Source: the human T2T-CHM13v2.0 reference genome, Homo sapiens
Direction: 5' to 3' (one strand)
Length of the DNA: 64,000 bases
Assembly (NCBI RefSeq): GCF_009914755.1
Contig: NC_060930.1
Shown: positions 14,385 to 44,462 of the stretch, piece after piece
Numbering within the stretch: position 1 is the stretch's first letter
Layout: each line of letters opens with the position of its first letter
Notes under the pieces: generated by a model
What the model was told of the DNA's origin: nothing
Database searches by the model: none
The model's input: only the letters and a program-made list of their open reading frames with translations
Made by a program: the position numbers and the translations under genes

Positions 14385-14480
14385 AACAATAAAATGTAAA
14401 GTTAAAAATTAAACCACTGGGCCAATAAAATTCTCCAAGCTGGTAACATAAGGGCTAAAGGTTTTGGGTAATTATTTACC
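14385..14480 (+). promoter_or_regulatory. Putative SLC17A4 proximal promoter with HNF1-, HNF4/DR1- and CCAAT/CDX-like motifs
   Basis: GTTAAAAATTAAA (14401-14413) and GGTAATTATTTAC (14467-14479) resemble HNF1 GTTAATNATTAAC; CCAATAAAA 14422-14430; GGGCTAAAGGTTT 14452-14464 is DR1-like. Confidence 0.5.
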
Positions 14481-14558
14481 TCCCAGAATTAGACAATTGC
14501 AAAGAGCTTAGAATATTTATTTGAAAGGAATGAGGATCCTGCACTCTTCCTCCCTCAG
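14480..14558 (+). other. SLC17A4: Probable non-coding first exon of SLC17A4 (5' boundary approximate)
   Basis: The ATG exon has a clear acceptor, so an upstream exon is required. Donor CAG|gttagt at 14558/14559 lies in repeat-free sequence directly after liver/gut TF motifs, and matches my recollection of the gene's ~7 kb first intron. Confidence 0.6.
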
Positions 14559-14814
14559 GTTAGTTAGCTTTCAAACTTTTACCCTTAATATTCTGCTTTT
14601 GAGATGATGGGAATGGGTCTGTTTCTGTTAGAGAGCAGCTTAATTTGCTGTTTAGGGGCAGAGATTGTGGGAGTGGAGAAGAGAATGCCTGTGTCCTGAG
14701 ATAATTCTGGTAAGTGAGAAGGGATGTTGCATTAAGAGCCCTGGAACTACAGGGAATTAATTCAAGAGAATGAAATTTTCTAAAAGTATAGCTGAACAGA
14801 GACAGACAGACAGA

Positions 14815-14818
14815 CACA

Positions 14819-14856
<38 letters not shown>
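14815..14856. repeat. (CA)n microsatellite within a compound GACA/CA/GA tract, ~260 bp into intron 1
   Basis: Direct reading. Confidence 0.95.
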
Positions 14857-14859
<3 letters not shown>

Positions 14860-15439
14860 GAAGAAAGAGAGAGAGGAAGAGACAGAAACTAAATGATATA
14901 TTTGGATTGTTTTTGTGAAATACATTAATTTTTTTAAGCATTGATCAAATCCACAGTGAGACAATAAATGCCAATACTGAATTCTCAGAGAGGAAGATTT
15001 TCATCATGCCTAAAAAATTAATGAAAACCAAACGGTTCTGGTTTGGTTCCAGCGAATTTATGGGAAAGCAAAATAAATGAAATCTAATATGGCTTTGGGA
15101 AGTAGTTAATGATGAAGAGTTTAGGGCAGAGGACTTTATTTGCAAACTGTGAATAAGAGCCATGGGCTGTTTCTCATAAGGAGGAAAAATGTTCAGTGCT
15201 GAGACCACCTAAGATGACATTTGAGCTGTTAATAGCTCTGCCCAGCACCTTAAGGAAAAGTCTCATTCTACAGTGGACTGATAACTAGCAGAGGAACAGG
15301 GTGCATATGAATCCAAAAAGAACAGACACAAGCGTCTTGGCAAGAAAAACTGATGAGAAATTGATATAAGAATGGCTGGCTCCATTTCTTTGCTGTTTTT
15401 TCCTCATTTACCTGGTTTCAAAATAAATAGATAAGGCTG

Positions 15440-16330
15440 ATGACTCACACATTTATATTTCTACAAAGGCCCTTCTGTTCTTAGCTATGGACTCACAGAC
15501 ACAAAACTTACCTGTCAATCTTCCCTTCTGGGTCTAACAGGAGTCTCAACCCCAAGTGTCCAAAATAAAGTTCTTGCTTTTCCTCTGGAACCTGTTGCCC
15601 TCCCTGCTCATTTCGCCAACTTCTTTGAGTGCAACACTATTCACTCATTTGCTCAAGCCGTAAGTCTAGAAGTCTCTGATGATTCTTCCCTTTCTCTCAT
15701 TCCCATATACACCTCATTAGCAAGTCTTAGTGGCATATCTCCAAAACAGGTCCTGAATGTGGTCTTTTTCACCACAACTAGCCTAGCCCATCCACCATCA
15801 ACACTTGTACAGGTGAAGAAACAACTTCTTGTTCAGTCTCTTGGTTCTCAATCTTGTCCTTTACAGCCCATGTGCCACACAGTGGCCATAGTAGATCCAG
15901 TCCCCTTACCAGGCCTATAGGACCCAAAATGGTCTGGCCATTTTGGGAGATCGAGACCATCCTGCCCACCCCTTTGATCTCATCTCCTACCATTAACCTC
16001 CTCATTCACTCTGCATCGCCATGTTGGACTACCTTCTGCCTAGAAAAACGTGACAAACTTGCTGGTTCCTCTGCCTGGAATTGTTCTTGCTCAGCGCTGT
16101 CTCCTTCTCAGTGTTCCCGTTTCAGCTCAAATATAACCATTTCACACAACCACACTAGGTAAGTGGTTAGACTAGGCAGAGTGCTTGCCCTCCTCTCCTG
16201 ATGCTAATGACCTAGTTGCTGTCAATGCTACTCTTGTTTTTTTCATACCATGTGGCATTCTTACTTCTTTCTTTTCATATGTGCCCCTCCTGGGATGTAA
16301 CTTTCTCGCAGGTGTACTGTCTGTGCCTGC
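15440..16330. mobile_element. L2 fragments
   Basis: L2-like motifs (gattcttccctttctctcattccc, cctctgcctggaa, gggatgtaactttctc). Confidence 0.6.
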
Positions 16331-18259
16331 ATCACGCTGTCCCCACAACAGCACTGTCCTCCCTTCACCCTCGGCTGTCTGTTCCCACTGCTCTCATTAA
16401 CGCCAGCAAAACCATTATCGCCTGTTACTGAAAAAACTGGCAATTGATTTCTGGTTATAATAAGTAAAAGGAGAGGGCAATTTAATGAGAACTAAGTTCT
16501 TCAGTCATGCAGGAGATGGAGCTATGAAAGCACAACATTGCATTCATTGATTCAATAAATATTTACTGAATCAATGAATGAACTTGCGGCCAGTGAACTC
16601 TTAGACATTGGAACACTCGAAGAGTCTGTGTGGGTATAGCTTGTGGAAAAAAATGTTGCCCTGAAAGCTATGTCTTTAGTTCTTGTGACTGATATGATTT
16701 TTTCAATTCAACTAATTGCCCTGAGGTGTGAAAATAAATGATAAGCAAATTATTTTTCCAGCAGACTATTCAGTCCCCTCATTTTACCAAGTTTCTTTTC
16801 AGAATTACCAGAACCATTCCATTTGCCAATGAGTATTTGTTTGGATTTCAATTCAATTTTGAGTGTGTTTTCGAATTCCAGTGCAGACTAGAGGGTTCCA
16901 TGGTCTAACATCTGTGGTTTTGAATGACATCATTGAGGCAACTTCTCTGTCAGTTGCTTACTTACCAGCTTTAGTGGTACGTTACATAACATTTCCACTT
17001 ATCTTTAAACACAATAGCACCAAAGGATCAGGTCTATTTTCTTTTATATTAATAAGAATAGTCCTTCACAGAGAGCACATGGAAAATGATTTCATTTCAC
17101 CAGCACCTACTGCTTATCCCTTTACATTTTATTCCTTTACATCTGCTTGGTGCTGTAACTTTATATCTGCTTGGTGCTGTAACTTCTCTGATCATTGTCA
17201 GTAGTAATAGATTTATTGCTTATTTGTAGTCTTCAAATAATCTCATTTTTTAATTAATAGGTCCAGTCCAGTGAAAACCAGAAAATTCCAAACTTGATCT
17301 AAAAGTATACCTTCTTTCCCCTGCCCCCCAACCCGCTGCTCCAGTTTGGGCCTGGGGAGGGAAGGGATCATTTGGTTGGTTTCTTGATCCCTTTCTCTGT
17401 CAGCAACTCCTCTCACCCCTCTTGCTAGCTGTGGCTTCTGATCTTTCCAGGGCTGGTGGGTAGGGAGTTAGAAGCAAGAAGCAGGAAGTGTCTTTCTTAG
17501 CTGGAGCTCTTGTGACCTGGCATTGGTGGTCTCTGGGTTGGATGAATGTTCAATGCTGAATCCTTTATTGTACCCCACTGGGGGCATCCACCAGTCCTCC
17601 CATGTCAGGGGTGATATGTGTTCACTAACTCAGCAGTTAGGGTTCCTTTCTCAGGTGTTGGGCATCAGGCAGTCCGCCCTGTCTTTTGGGGTCGTGTGGC
17701 TTCTCCAGACAGTTGTCATTTAAGAGATTGTAAACTGGATTTTTCCTGAGTCATCCGTATCTGGTTCACAAGGGACCTGCTGGTCTCCACCTGTGCTTCT
17801 TCACCTCTGCTGCCGTGGGACGTATCACAGCCTCCAGTGTGGTGTAGACCTTTGCTGTGCTCTGCAGCCTCAGACCAAGAGTCACCACCTCATGCCCTTA
17901 GATTCTGAGGCATGTGTCACTCACCTTTATGCACACACATGCACACACACATAGGGGACATATGTCAAGCTCCCTGAATGACCTCCTTGCATGCAGCTCC
18001 TATAATTTGACTTGAAGTGACGGGGCAGTGCCCTCCTCCTTTCTTTCCTGGAGTGAGAGTGAATACCTGACAGAGAATACCAGCAACTGTCTCTAAAAAC
18101 ATTCTCACCTTTTTCATCTCAGCCTACCTGTGTCCCTGAAATTTATTTTTAATTACAGTAATAATTCAAATTACATTATTGTTGTAACACATGTAAACAC
18201 CAAAGACAAAGTTCAATGCCTGCATGGCCGTTCCTACCCTCCCCATTCCTTTGCAGAGA

Positions 18260-19580
18260 GAGTTTCTATTTCTTCCTGGTTTAATCTAGGAGGGTTTTAT
18301 ATTTCCAGGAATTTATCCATCTCCTCTAGGTTTTCTAGTTTACACACGTAAAGGTGTTTATAGTAGTCTTGAATGATATTTTGTATTTCTCTGGTATCAA
18401 TTTTAATATCTCCCGTTTTGTTTCAAATTGAGCTTATTTGGATCTTCTCTCTTTTTTCCTTGGTTAGTGTCGCTGATGGTCTGGCAATTTTATTTATCTT
18501 TTCAAAGAACCAGCTTTTTGTTTCATTTATCTTTTGTATTTTTTGTTTGTTTGTTTCAATTTCCACTTAGTTTTGCTCTGATCTTGGTTATTTCTTTTCT
18601 TCTGCTGGGTTTGGGTTTGGTTTGTTCTTGTTTCTCTAGTTCCTTGAGGTGTAAACTTAGATTGTCTATTTGTGCTCTTTCAGACTTTTTGATGTAGGCA
18701 TTTAATGGTATGAACTTTCCTCTTAGCACCGCTTTTGCTGTATCCCAGAGGTTTTGATAGGTTATGTCACGGTTGTCGTTCAGTTCAAAGAATTTTTTAA
18801 TTTTCATCTTGATTTCATTGTTGAGCCAATGATCATTTAGGAGCAGCTTATTTAATTTCCATGTATTTGCACAGCTTTGAGAGTTCCTTTTGGAGTTGAT
18901 TTCCAATTTTATTCTGCTGTGGTCTGAGGGAGTACTTGATATAATTTCGATTTCCTTAAATTTGTTGAGACTTGTTTTGTGGCCTATCATATGGTCTGTC
19001 TTGGAGAATGTCCCATGTGCTGATGAATAGAATGTATATTCTGCAGTTGTTGGGTAGAGTGTTCTGTAAATATCTGTTAAGTCTATTTGTTCTAGGGTAT
19101 AGTTTAAGTCCATTGTTTCTTTGCTGACTTTCTGTCTTGATGACCTGTCTAGTGCTGTCTGTGGAGTACTGAAGTCCCCCACTATTATTATGTTGCTGTC
19201 TATCTCATTTCTTAGGTCTAGTAGTAATTGTTTTATAAACTTAAGAGCTCCAGTGTTAGGTGCATATATATTTAGGATTGTGATATTTTCCTGTAGTCCT
19301 TTTGTTGCTATATAATGTCTCTCTTTATCTTTTTCAACTGCTGTTGCTTATAAGTTTGTTTTGTCTGATGTAAGAATAGCTACTCCTCACTCCAGCCTGG
19401 GCGGCAGAGTGAGACTCCGTCTCAAAAAACAAAACAAAAACAAACAAAAAAAGAATAGCTACTCCTGCTCGCTTTTGGTGTCCATTTGCATGGAATATCT
19501 AGTCCCACATCTTTACCTTAAGTTTATGTGAATCCTTAGATGTTAGGTGAATCTCTTGAAGACTATAGATACTTGGTTGT
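18260..19580 (-). mobile_element. L1 fragment (ORF2 endonuclease region; 208-aa open stretch 18556-19182)
   Basis: [17 protein letters not shown]...[16 protein letters not shown]...SDH...NTWKLN, L1 ORF2 APE domain, truncated. Confidence 0.92.
19388..19450 (+). mobile_element. Severely 5'-truncated Alu inside L1
   Basis: Only the last ~36 nt of Alu plus tail; perfect 16-bp TSD aagaatagctactcct (19372-19387, 19451-19466). Confidence 0.9.
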
Positions 19581-21733
19581 TTACCTGTCTTTTAAATCTT
19601 TATATGCTTTTATATATGTATCCAATTCTTTGATAGCTGTATAGTATTTCAGAAAATATCTGCATTTAACTATGCAAATATTAAATAATCATTAGTTAGC
19701 TCCTGACTTTTTGCTTTTACAAATATTGCTTTAAGGAATGTCCTGAAACATATTATTCTGTGTGGCTGTGCTTATTAGTCTCTGGTACACACCGTGAAGC
19801 AGCAATACAAGTGGGAGGATGCAGCTTGACTCCCTCAAACAATAGCTCATTTCCCCACATTTTTGCCTAAGCTTGGTGATCATAGTTTTTTAAAATGTTT
19901 ATGAAAACTGATAGGTAAGAAATAATAGGATCTGGTTCTTTTAATATCCATGTCCTTGATAGCAAAGCGAAGCACATTTTCCCATGTTTGTTCTTAATCT
20001 ATATTCATATATTATTCCAATAGTTTCCTACTTTTTACCAATTTACTGTATTTTATTTTTTTATTAGCTTGAAGAAGTTGAGCAAATGCTACTCCATATC
20101 TGATAGAATGCTGTAATTAATTTCTCCCCTTCTGTAAGTGATCTTCTATGGTATCTATTATTATAAATAAGTTTTGCTCTTTTTGTGTCCTGCAGTATCC
20201 TTAAATATGTTTAGGTGTAAATTTCATTTCATTTCTCTAGCTTGAGACTCATTTTGATTCCTGAATCTGAGAAATCTTGTGGTTTCATCTCTTCTGAAAA
20301 ATTCCTATCCGTTATTTCCTAAAGTATTGCCTTTTCTCAGTTCTCTTTATTTTGTCCTCCTAGAAGTCCTATTCAACATACATTGGACCTTTTCACTCCA
20401 TTTTCCAGGTTCTTAACTTTGCTGTCATCCCTCATCATCTCACTGAGCTTTATTCTGTACAATTTACATAGCTCATTACCGTTGATTTTGCTAATTCTTT
20501 CATTAGCTATGTCTAGTCACTTAGTTTCAAATTTTAATGCCTAATTTTTTTTGTATTTCAAGTAGTATCTTTCTTAAATCTGCCTATTCTTTTTGGTATC
20601 TTTTTATGTTCTAGGGTCCATATTTTATTTCTTCAATTATTTAAAGCATACTTACATAATGTCTTTGTCAGTTTATTCTATTTTTGGAAGTTCGCAGTAG
20701 TTTAATTTTGCTACACATTGAGTCTGAAAACTTGTTTTGGATGGATCACTTCTTTGAGTGTTTATAATTTTTTATTTTGAGCTCATAATATATAGAGCTT
20801 CATCTGCAGTAATTCTGTGTAATCTGTTTTGAGTGAATCAGACTGGGCTTGATTCTTTGGTCAGTTTTTTAGCTGGGGATGAGTTCTCAGACAATGAAGA
20901 CAGTATGAATTCCAACCCTCAATTCTCCATAACCTAGATATGAACTTTCACAATTTTCAGGTGAAGTACTTTATTTTCAAACCATAACTCAGGACAAAGA
21001 GGGTTGTCACTGTTATTGTTGAAAGGGGAAGAGCCTCTGTAACCAAGTTTTGAACCCCTGTGAGGCATCTGACTCTATATTAGAATCTCCCTTATAATCG
21101 CCTCCCTGGCATGGGCCTAAGGCTTCATCCTTCATCCCCACAGGCACTTAGATCTCAGGCCCCCACATCACTGAAATTGATGCTTCTGTGACCCAATCTC
21201 ATGGTCACTGAAGTTAGCACAGACATCTAACTCGGTGGAGATATCTCTTACTGTCTTTGCAGCTACGTAAAAGGGTGTTTGCTATATTTTATGTAATATG
21301 TATAGGTGTTTATAATAGTTTTTCAGGTAATTTAATCCACTGGAATCTCCTAGATGAAATTTCAAATAAGGTTGTCAAGTTTTCATGTCCATTTGATACT
21401 AGTATCAATTTAGAGACATGGGAACACAGAACTAGAAAGGATATTACAATTTATGAAGGCAATCCAGGCCAGATTTCTCACTTGCGAGATATAAATACTA
21501 AGACCCAGGGTAAACTGCGACCTTTCAAAGACCAACCAATTGGTTAGTGATAGAGCCAGGATGACAAGTTAGTTTTCATAAACCCTAATCTACCACTTTT
21601 CTTATACAGCAACATTTGCTCCTAGTTCTTAGAAAGAATTGGGGTAATATCATATAAGATTCTCCCTGTATTTTCTTTTGTATTCTTTTTATTTCAGTAA
21701 GTAAATGCCAGTCCCTAGGAAGAGAGAACCAAA

Positions 21734-38973
<17,240 letters not shown>

Positions 38974-40959
38974 GCAAACCGAGAGATGTGCTAGATCCTG
39001 GTGCTTAGTTCATCATTGTTTTCCCTCACAGACATTTCTCTTTCATGCCTGCTTGACTGATAAGCCATTAGCTAGACCCTGACTATGTAACGCTAAAGAT
39101 TTTACCATGCCTGGAAATTTTACAGGGGAAGAAAACACGCTAGTTATTTAACTGCAAGCTACTAAAAGCATAGGTGTGTTGAGATTTCTGTGTTCTCCAC
39201 TCTTCCACTGTTATCCTAGTAAAAGCATCAGGGGCTGGGGACAATTTCTTTCCAAAGCAAAAGAGGAAGCCAGACCTTGGGACCGAGAACTGAGAATCAC
39301 AAGGGAGTTGCGCCCAACATGCAGAACATGAATCCTCTGAGCTGTCCTCAAAAGAAAGCCCCAAACAACAGAAAGCATAGTGTTTTCCATTGTTGGTGAA
39401 AAATGTCAAGGAGGAAAGAACAATAATGATTCCATCATGATAAGAGGAATGAACGTGTCTGCAACTAATGGGAGCAAGATAGTACACTTTAACTCTTTCA
39501 GACAACTTGCATTCTGTGGATGCCAGCTTTGGAATCAGAGCCGCCTCTGGAATACCTGTGCTTCCAGAGTTAGCTTTTGGACAGTTACCTTCTTTCTGGC
39601 CATCTTGACTTCTGCCCCACATCTGCTTTTTGGCTTTGTGCAGATCTTTAACATGTTAGTGAACAGACATTGCCCAGTGTCTCTTCTAGCCCCTCCAACA
39701 GTTCTTCATGTAGCACTGCTTTTGGACAGTGACCCATGATATCTGCCTTCGTTTGCCCCTCTGACTGTTGGAATCCCACGCACCATTCAGTAGGATTCAA
39801 TTCAATGTGGAACCATTCAACATTCACCTCATTAACCTAAAATGTCTCCCAAAGATGTATGTAAGACACACACTGCCCTAACCTCACTCCAAATGTCTGG
39901 AGAAATGTGTGTAGTGCTTTTGTTAAAGCCCCTATATGGGCAGCATGGAGGATCATAAGATAGCAAAACCATTTCAACACTAAATGAATATTAATGTACA
40001 CACACCTTGTGTGGATGGCAGAAATCAAATCATACACAGTATTAAGGAGTTCAGTGTCTCGGGAGGGCAGATAACTTTAATCAAAGTATCACACAAGTGA
40101 ATATGTAATAACAACTGTAGAAATAATGAGTGGTTACATGGGTTATGAGAGTGGATGATAAGTGCACTAATCTGAGTGTAAGGAAGGGCCACCCCTGCAA
40201 AGTTTCAGCTGAGCTGGAATCTGAAGGATAATAGTTAACTGTTGTGGGAGACTGAGAGGAGAATATTTTAGGAAGAAAGAACAGCATAAGCAAAAGTTTC
40301 ATGGCAGGAGGGAGAAATTAGCTATGGCCAGAGTATAGAGAATAAGGGAAGTATGATTTGTGAGGAGGCTGTAGAAGAATTAAGGTCAGGAGCACACAGG
40401 ATGATGTAGGCCCAGTGAAGTGCGTTGGTCTTTATTTTGAAATCAGTAGGAAGTGTCCTGGTTTTCAAAGGCACTCTGCATGAGAGATTAGGTTGGAGTA
40501 GGAGCTTACAGTGTAGTCCAGGAGAGAACAATGGCCCCTGGCATGAGGCAATAGACATGGTGAGAGGTGAATGGATTATTTGATTTAGGTGGATTATTTG
40601 ATTTAGGGAATAAACCTGACGGGTCCTATTACTAAGTGAGAGAGTGAAAGATGTCCAGAGTAACTCCTGAGTTTTGGTTTGCTATTATATTAATGGGGAT
40701 GCCTCTAACACAGACAGCAACACAGATAGCAATTATATCCAAGTGTAGACAACAAGAAGGAAAATGGACACATGACTCTGGATTTCTCTTGTGAGACCTG
40801 GGCTCCATTTACAAACGTATAAATCATCTTGATATAGGTAGTGATTACAATTTTTGCATGGATGAGTCATCCATGGGTGAAAGTGGCATAAGAAAAGGAA
40901 GCTTGGGAATAAGCCTTAAAGAATTCCAGTATTTAATGGTCAGCTGGAGGATGATTAGC

Positions 40960-41075
40960 AGAAAGAAAGAAAGAAAGAAAGAAAAGAAAGAGAGAGAGAG
41001 AGAGAGAAAGAAAGAAACAAAGAAAGAAAGAGAGGAAAGAAAAACAAAAGAAAGAAAGAAAGAAAAAGAAAGGGC
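40960..41075. repeat. GAAA/GA purine-rich low-complexity repeat
   Basis: Direct reading. Confidence 0.9.
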
Positions 41076-41255
41076 CTGAAAGATAGAAGGAAAATCAAGA
41101 GAATATGGTGCTAAGAAAGGGAAGGGAAGAGAGAATGTTTCCAAAAAAAGTGAGTAGTTACCAATGCCAAATTTGCAGTGATCTGTCCAGATGAGAAGTG
41201 AGCAGAAAGTACAGAAAGGAGACCACTGCTGAGAAGTTTGGGTATGAAAGGGTGG

Positions 41256-41659
41256 TGTCTTTGTCGCTTTTGTTGCTATAAAGGAATGCCTGAGGCTGGG
41301 TAACTTATGAAGAAAAAGAGGTTTATTTGGATTGTGATTGTGATGGCTGGAAAGTTCAAGATTGGGCATCTGCATCTGGCGAGGGCCTCAGGCAACTTCG
41401 GCTCATAGTGGAAAGTGAAGGAGTGTAGGCCTGTACAGAAAGCACATGGTGAGACAGGAAGCTGGGAGGGGGAGAGGAGGTGCCAGGTTTTTTTAAAACA
41501 AGCAGCTCTTGTAGGAATGATCTCACTCACCCCTGAGGAAGAGCTTTAATGTCACTAGGGATTCACCCTTATGACACAAACACCTCCTGCAAGTGGACCC
41601 AACATTGGGATCAAATTTCAATATTAGATTTGGAGGGAACAGACATCTAAACCATAGCA
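41256..41659 (-). mobile_element. MaLR LTR (MST-type)
   Basis: gttgctataaaggaatgcctgaggctgggtaa...gagggaacagacatctaaaccatagca. Confidence 0.85.
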
Positions 41660-42689
41660 GAAGGAAAGAGGCAAGAAAGTAGCTGCAAAAGCATATGGGC
41701 TCGAAGAAGGAGTTGAAAACAAACATGTTTAAGATTGTGAGAAGGTGCTAGCTGACAGAGAAAAGTCGCATATGCAAAAAACACAAAGCACTAATGGAAA
41801 GTTCCTGAGAAGGTTGTGACAAGGGAGGAATTTTGTGACTTGAAGCCCAGTTAGGAGAATGATGAGAGATGGTGTGAGGACAGCTCCTGCCTTTTCACCT
41901 GACAGCCCAAGATGGTGTCTTCATCTGCTAGTGCAAGATCTAGGGAGGGTCTTATTTTTATATCTTTCTTCCTACTTGGAAGGGAGGCAGTAAGTGGAGA
42001 AAGAAAAAGGTCTGAAGTGCTCTTGTCAGACCAGAGGAGAGAGGCCCTGCAGGTTGCCTGGCAGGGCTATCGCCACACTGTTCCTCAGCTGCTTCATTTA
42101 TGACAGTTTCCTCTACATAGTCTGAAGACAAGCTCTTAAAGTTCAGGAACCATGACATACATTATTTTGTAGCATCTTTAACACAAAGAACAACAGTATC
42201 ATATACAGTAAGTGCCAGTAAATGCTATTGAATCGCAGTATGAATCAATGAATGAACAGCTCCAGAGTGGTGGGAGAACAGTTAGGGGAGAAATGGATAG
42301 GAAGGAAAAGGACCAGATTTTTCTTTAATTGTATTTGTTTTCTGAGCATCGAGTCATCTAAACCTATGTATTATCTTTTTTCATCTGGAATTAAGATGTT
42401 AGAGACTGGGTCTGCTCCGTATCATTTCTCCAACAGTCACCAAGCCAACCCTAGCCTCTCCCTGGATCCTGTTCTTTCTTTCTTATCTGTCACTTTTAGT
42501 TATTTCTGAAAATGAGTTACATTTCTCCCTGGGCCCACCAGCGAGGGAGCTGACTTGTGCTGTTTCCTCTAAAATGGGCCATCCTTAAATTATGGAAATC
42601 TCCTAAAATTTTGCACTAGCTCACACATCTACAATGAGAAAGAATAAAAGTTAAAAATTGTGGAAAAAGTCTTTCATGAAGCCTTAGAA

Positions 42690-42993
42690 TAAAATTTTAT
42701 CTTGTGTGTATTTATTGGTTTGACAATCATTTATAAAGCAACTGATGCAGAGAGGAAGACTGAGATAAATCACCACCCCCATTTAAAATTCAGATATATT
42801 ACATGTTACAAACAACACATGTTAAAAAACGATGCACACAGGATATGTGGGAGGGTAAAACCGGCCCCTAGGACTCCTCCTACCACCTTCTTCCTGGTGC
42901 TGGTGACTGCCCCTCAGCCTCAGCCTCATGTGCTGGTCCCTCTTCCCTTCAATAAGGAGGTTGTCCCAGGCTCTGCAAGTGCTCTGTTTCACA
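42690..42993 (-). other. SLC17A1: Probable non-coding terminal (3' UTR) exon of SLC17A1
   Basis: Minus-strand acceptor attttttctttgtttacaaaacttag| at 42994; repeat-free sequence; AATAAA at 42711-42716; pairs with the donor 2 nt after the stop. Confidence 0.65.
42711..42716 (-). terminator. Polyadenylation signal AATAAA for SLC17A1
   Basis: tttatt on + strand ~280 nt into the putative terminal exon. Confidence 0.6.
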
Positions 42994-44057
42994 CTAAGTT
43001 TTGTAAACAAAGAAAAAAATAGTGCACACAAATGTCATTTGTGAGTCCTTGTACACAGAGGACATAAGAAAGCTTTTCAACATTTCAAAAAGATGGTCTC
43101 GTGTATTATATTTTTCTCAAGTTGTCTTCCTTGCCTCAGTGATAGGTGATCCTAAACATTTTTTTACACTTCTCTCCTCTGGACATAAAAATAAATATGG
43201 CTGTCTGTGCAAGTTTATTATCCTTCCTTTTCCCTATTTTCAAAAATCTTTATGTAAAAGATCCAAACAACTCCAACATTTTGCTAGGTCCAGGTACATG
43301 GTATGAAACCATCCATCAGTTGCTCTATATCTATGTTGTATCCTGAAAACAAAACAAATCCAAACAAAGCAAAAAAACACAGTGCACACCAGTGGGGTTT
43401 GACACTCAAGTTTGATACTGCCACTCTCCCTAATAAGAATATATTTTATCCACAGCGATAATAAGACATACCTTTTGTACTGTTACCAAATTCCCATTCT
43501 TTGTAAACCAACTTGTTATTAAGAAAATGAAAATAAAGCCCCCCTTTGTGGTCCTGCACCCACCACACACTCTTTTTTTTTTTTTTGGACCCTACCCAAA
43601 AGTGTCACTAGTCCTTTCAAAGAACAATTGCTGTCATCTGTGTTAACTGGGATAGTGGTCTCTGGCAAGTTGGGCTGAAACTGGGCTTTACCTGGTTAAT
43701 AGGTGTCCAGATTAGCTCCTCTGATGTCATATTCTCCAAAACCTGAAAAGGGGGAGTGGCCAAGGTTCTAAACTGGGTGTCAATCCAGGGGCCTATCTGG
43801 AGTAACAATGAGGAAGGCACACACTATCTTTCCTTTGTATTGAAAATTTTTTCTTCCTTTTTGTATTTGAAGTTTTATTAGTTATTAAAACATGGCGTCC
43901 ATACAAATAGACATTTTCTGGGTTTTCCAGTGGAAACAGCTGCTTACATTGCCTAATAACTGTCTAAACATGCTGCAGATGTTTCCACATGTTAGCTGAA
44001 CATATGTATTCTCTTCACATAGGCAATCATGATACATCTTATCCTAGGGAGACAATA

Positions 44058-44462
44058 TGTGTTGCTATAAAGGAATATCTGAGTCTGGGTAATTTATAAA
44101 GAAAAGAGGTTTATTTTGGCTTATGGTTCTGCAGGCTGTACAAGAAGCATGATGCCAGCATCTGCTTCTGGTGAGGGTCTCAGGAATCTTCCAATCATGG
44201 CAGAAGGTGAAAGGGGAGCCAGTGCATCACATGGTGAGAGCAGGGGCAATAGAGAGAGAGATGGGAGGTACCACACACTGTTATACAACCATATTCTCTC
44301 CTGAACTCAGAGTGAGAACTCACTCATTATCCAAAGGACAGCACCAAGCTGTCATGAGGGATCTGCCCCCATGACCTAAACACCTCGTACTACGCCCCAC
44401 TTTTAACACTAGGAATTACATTTCAACATGAGATTTGGATGAGACAAACATCCAAACCATAC
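44058..44462 (-). mobile_element. MaLR LTR (MST-type)
   Basis: gttgctataaaggaatatctgag...ggttctgcaggctgtacaagaagcatg...catccaaaccata. Confidence 0.85.

Noticed and set aside
17141-17185. 24-bp tandem duplication (and an 18-bp one at ~40572-40607)
   Set aside because: Ordinary slippage duplications with no evident motif gain.
18556-19182. Longest ORF in the track (208 aa) as a host gene
   Set aside because: It is a truncated L1 ORF2 endonuclease fragment with no RT domain or promoter.
21694-21702. tcaGTAAGT at the exon-2 acceptor as a recursive splice site
   Set aside because: The AG and GT share one G (AGT, not AG|GT), so splicing would not regenerate a donor unless the upstream exon's last G is reused; too speculative.
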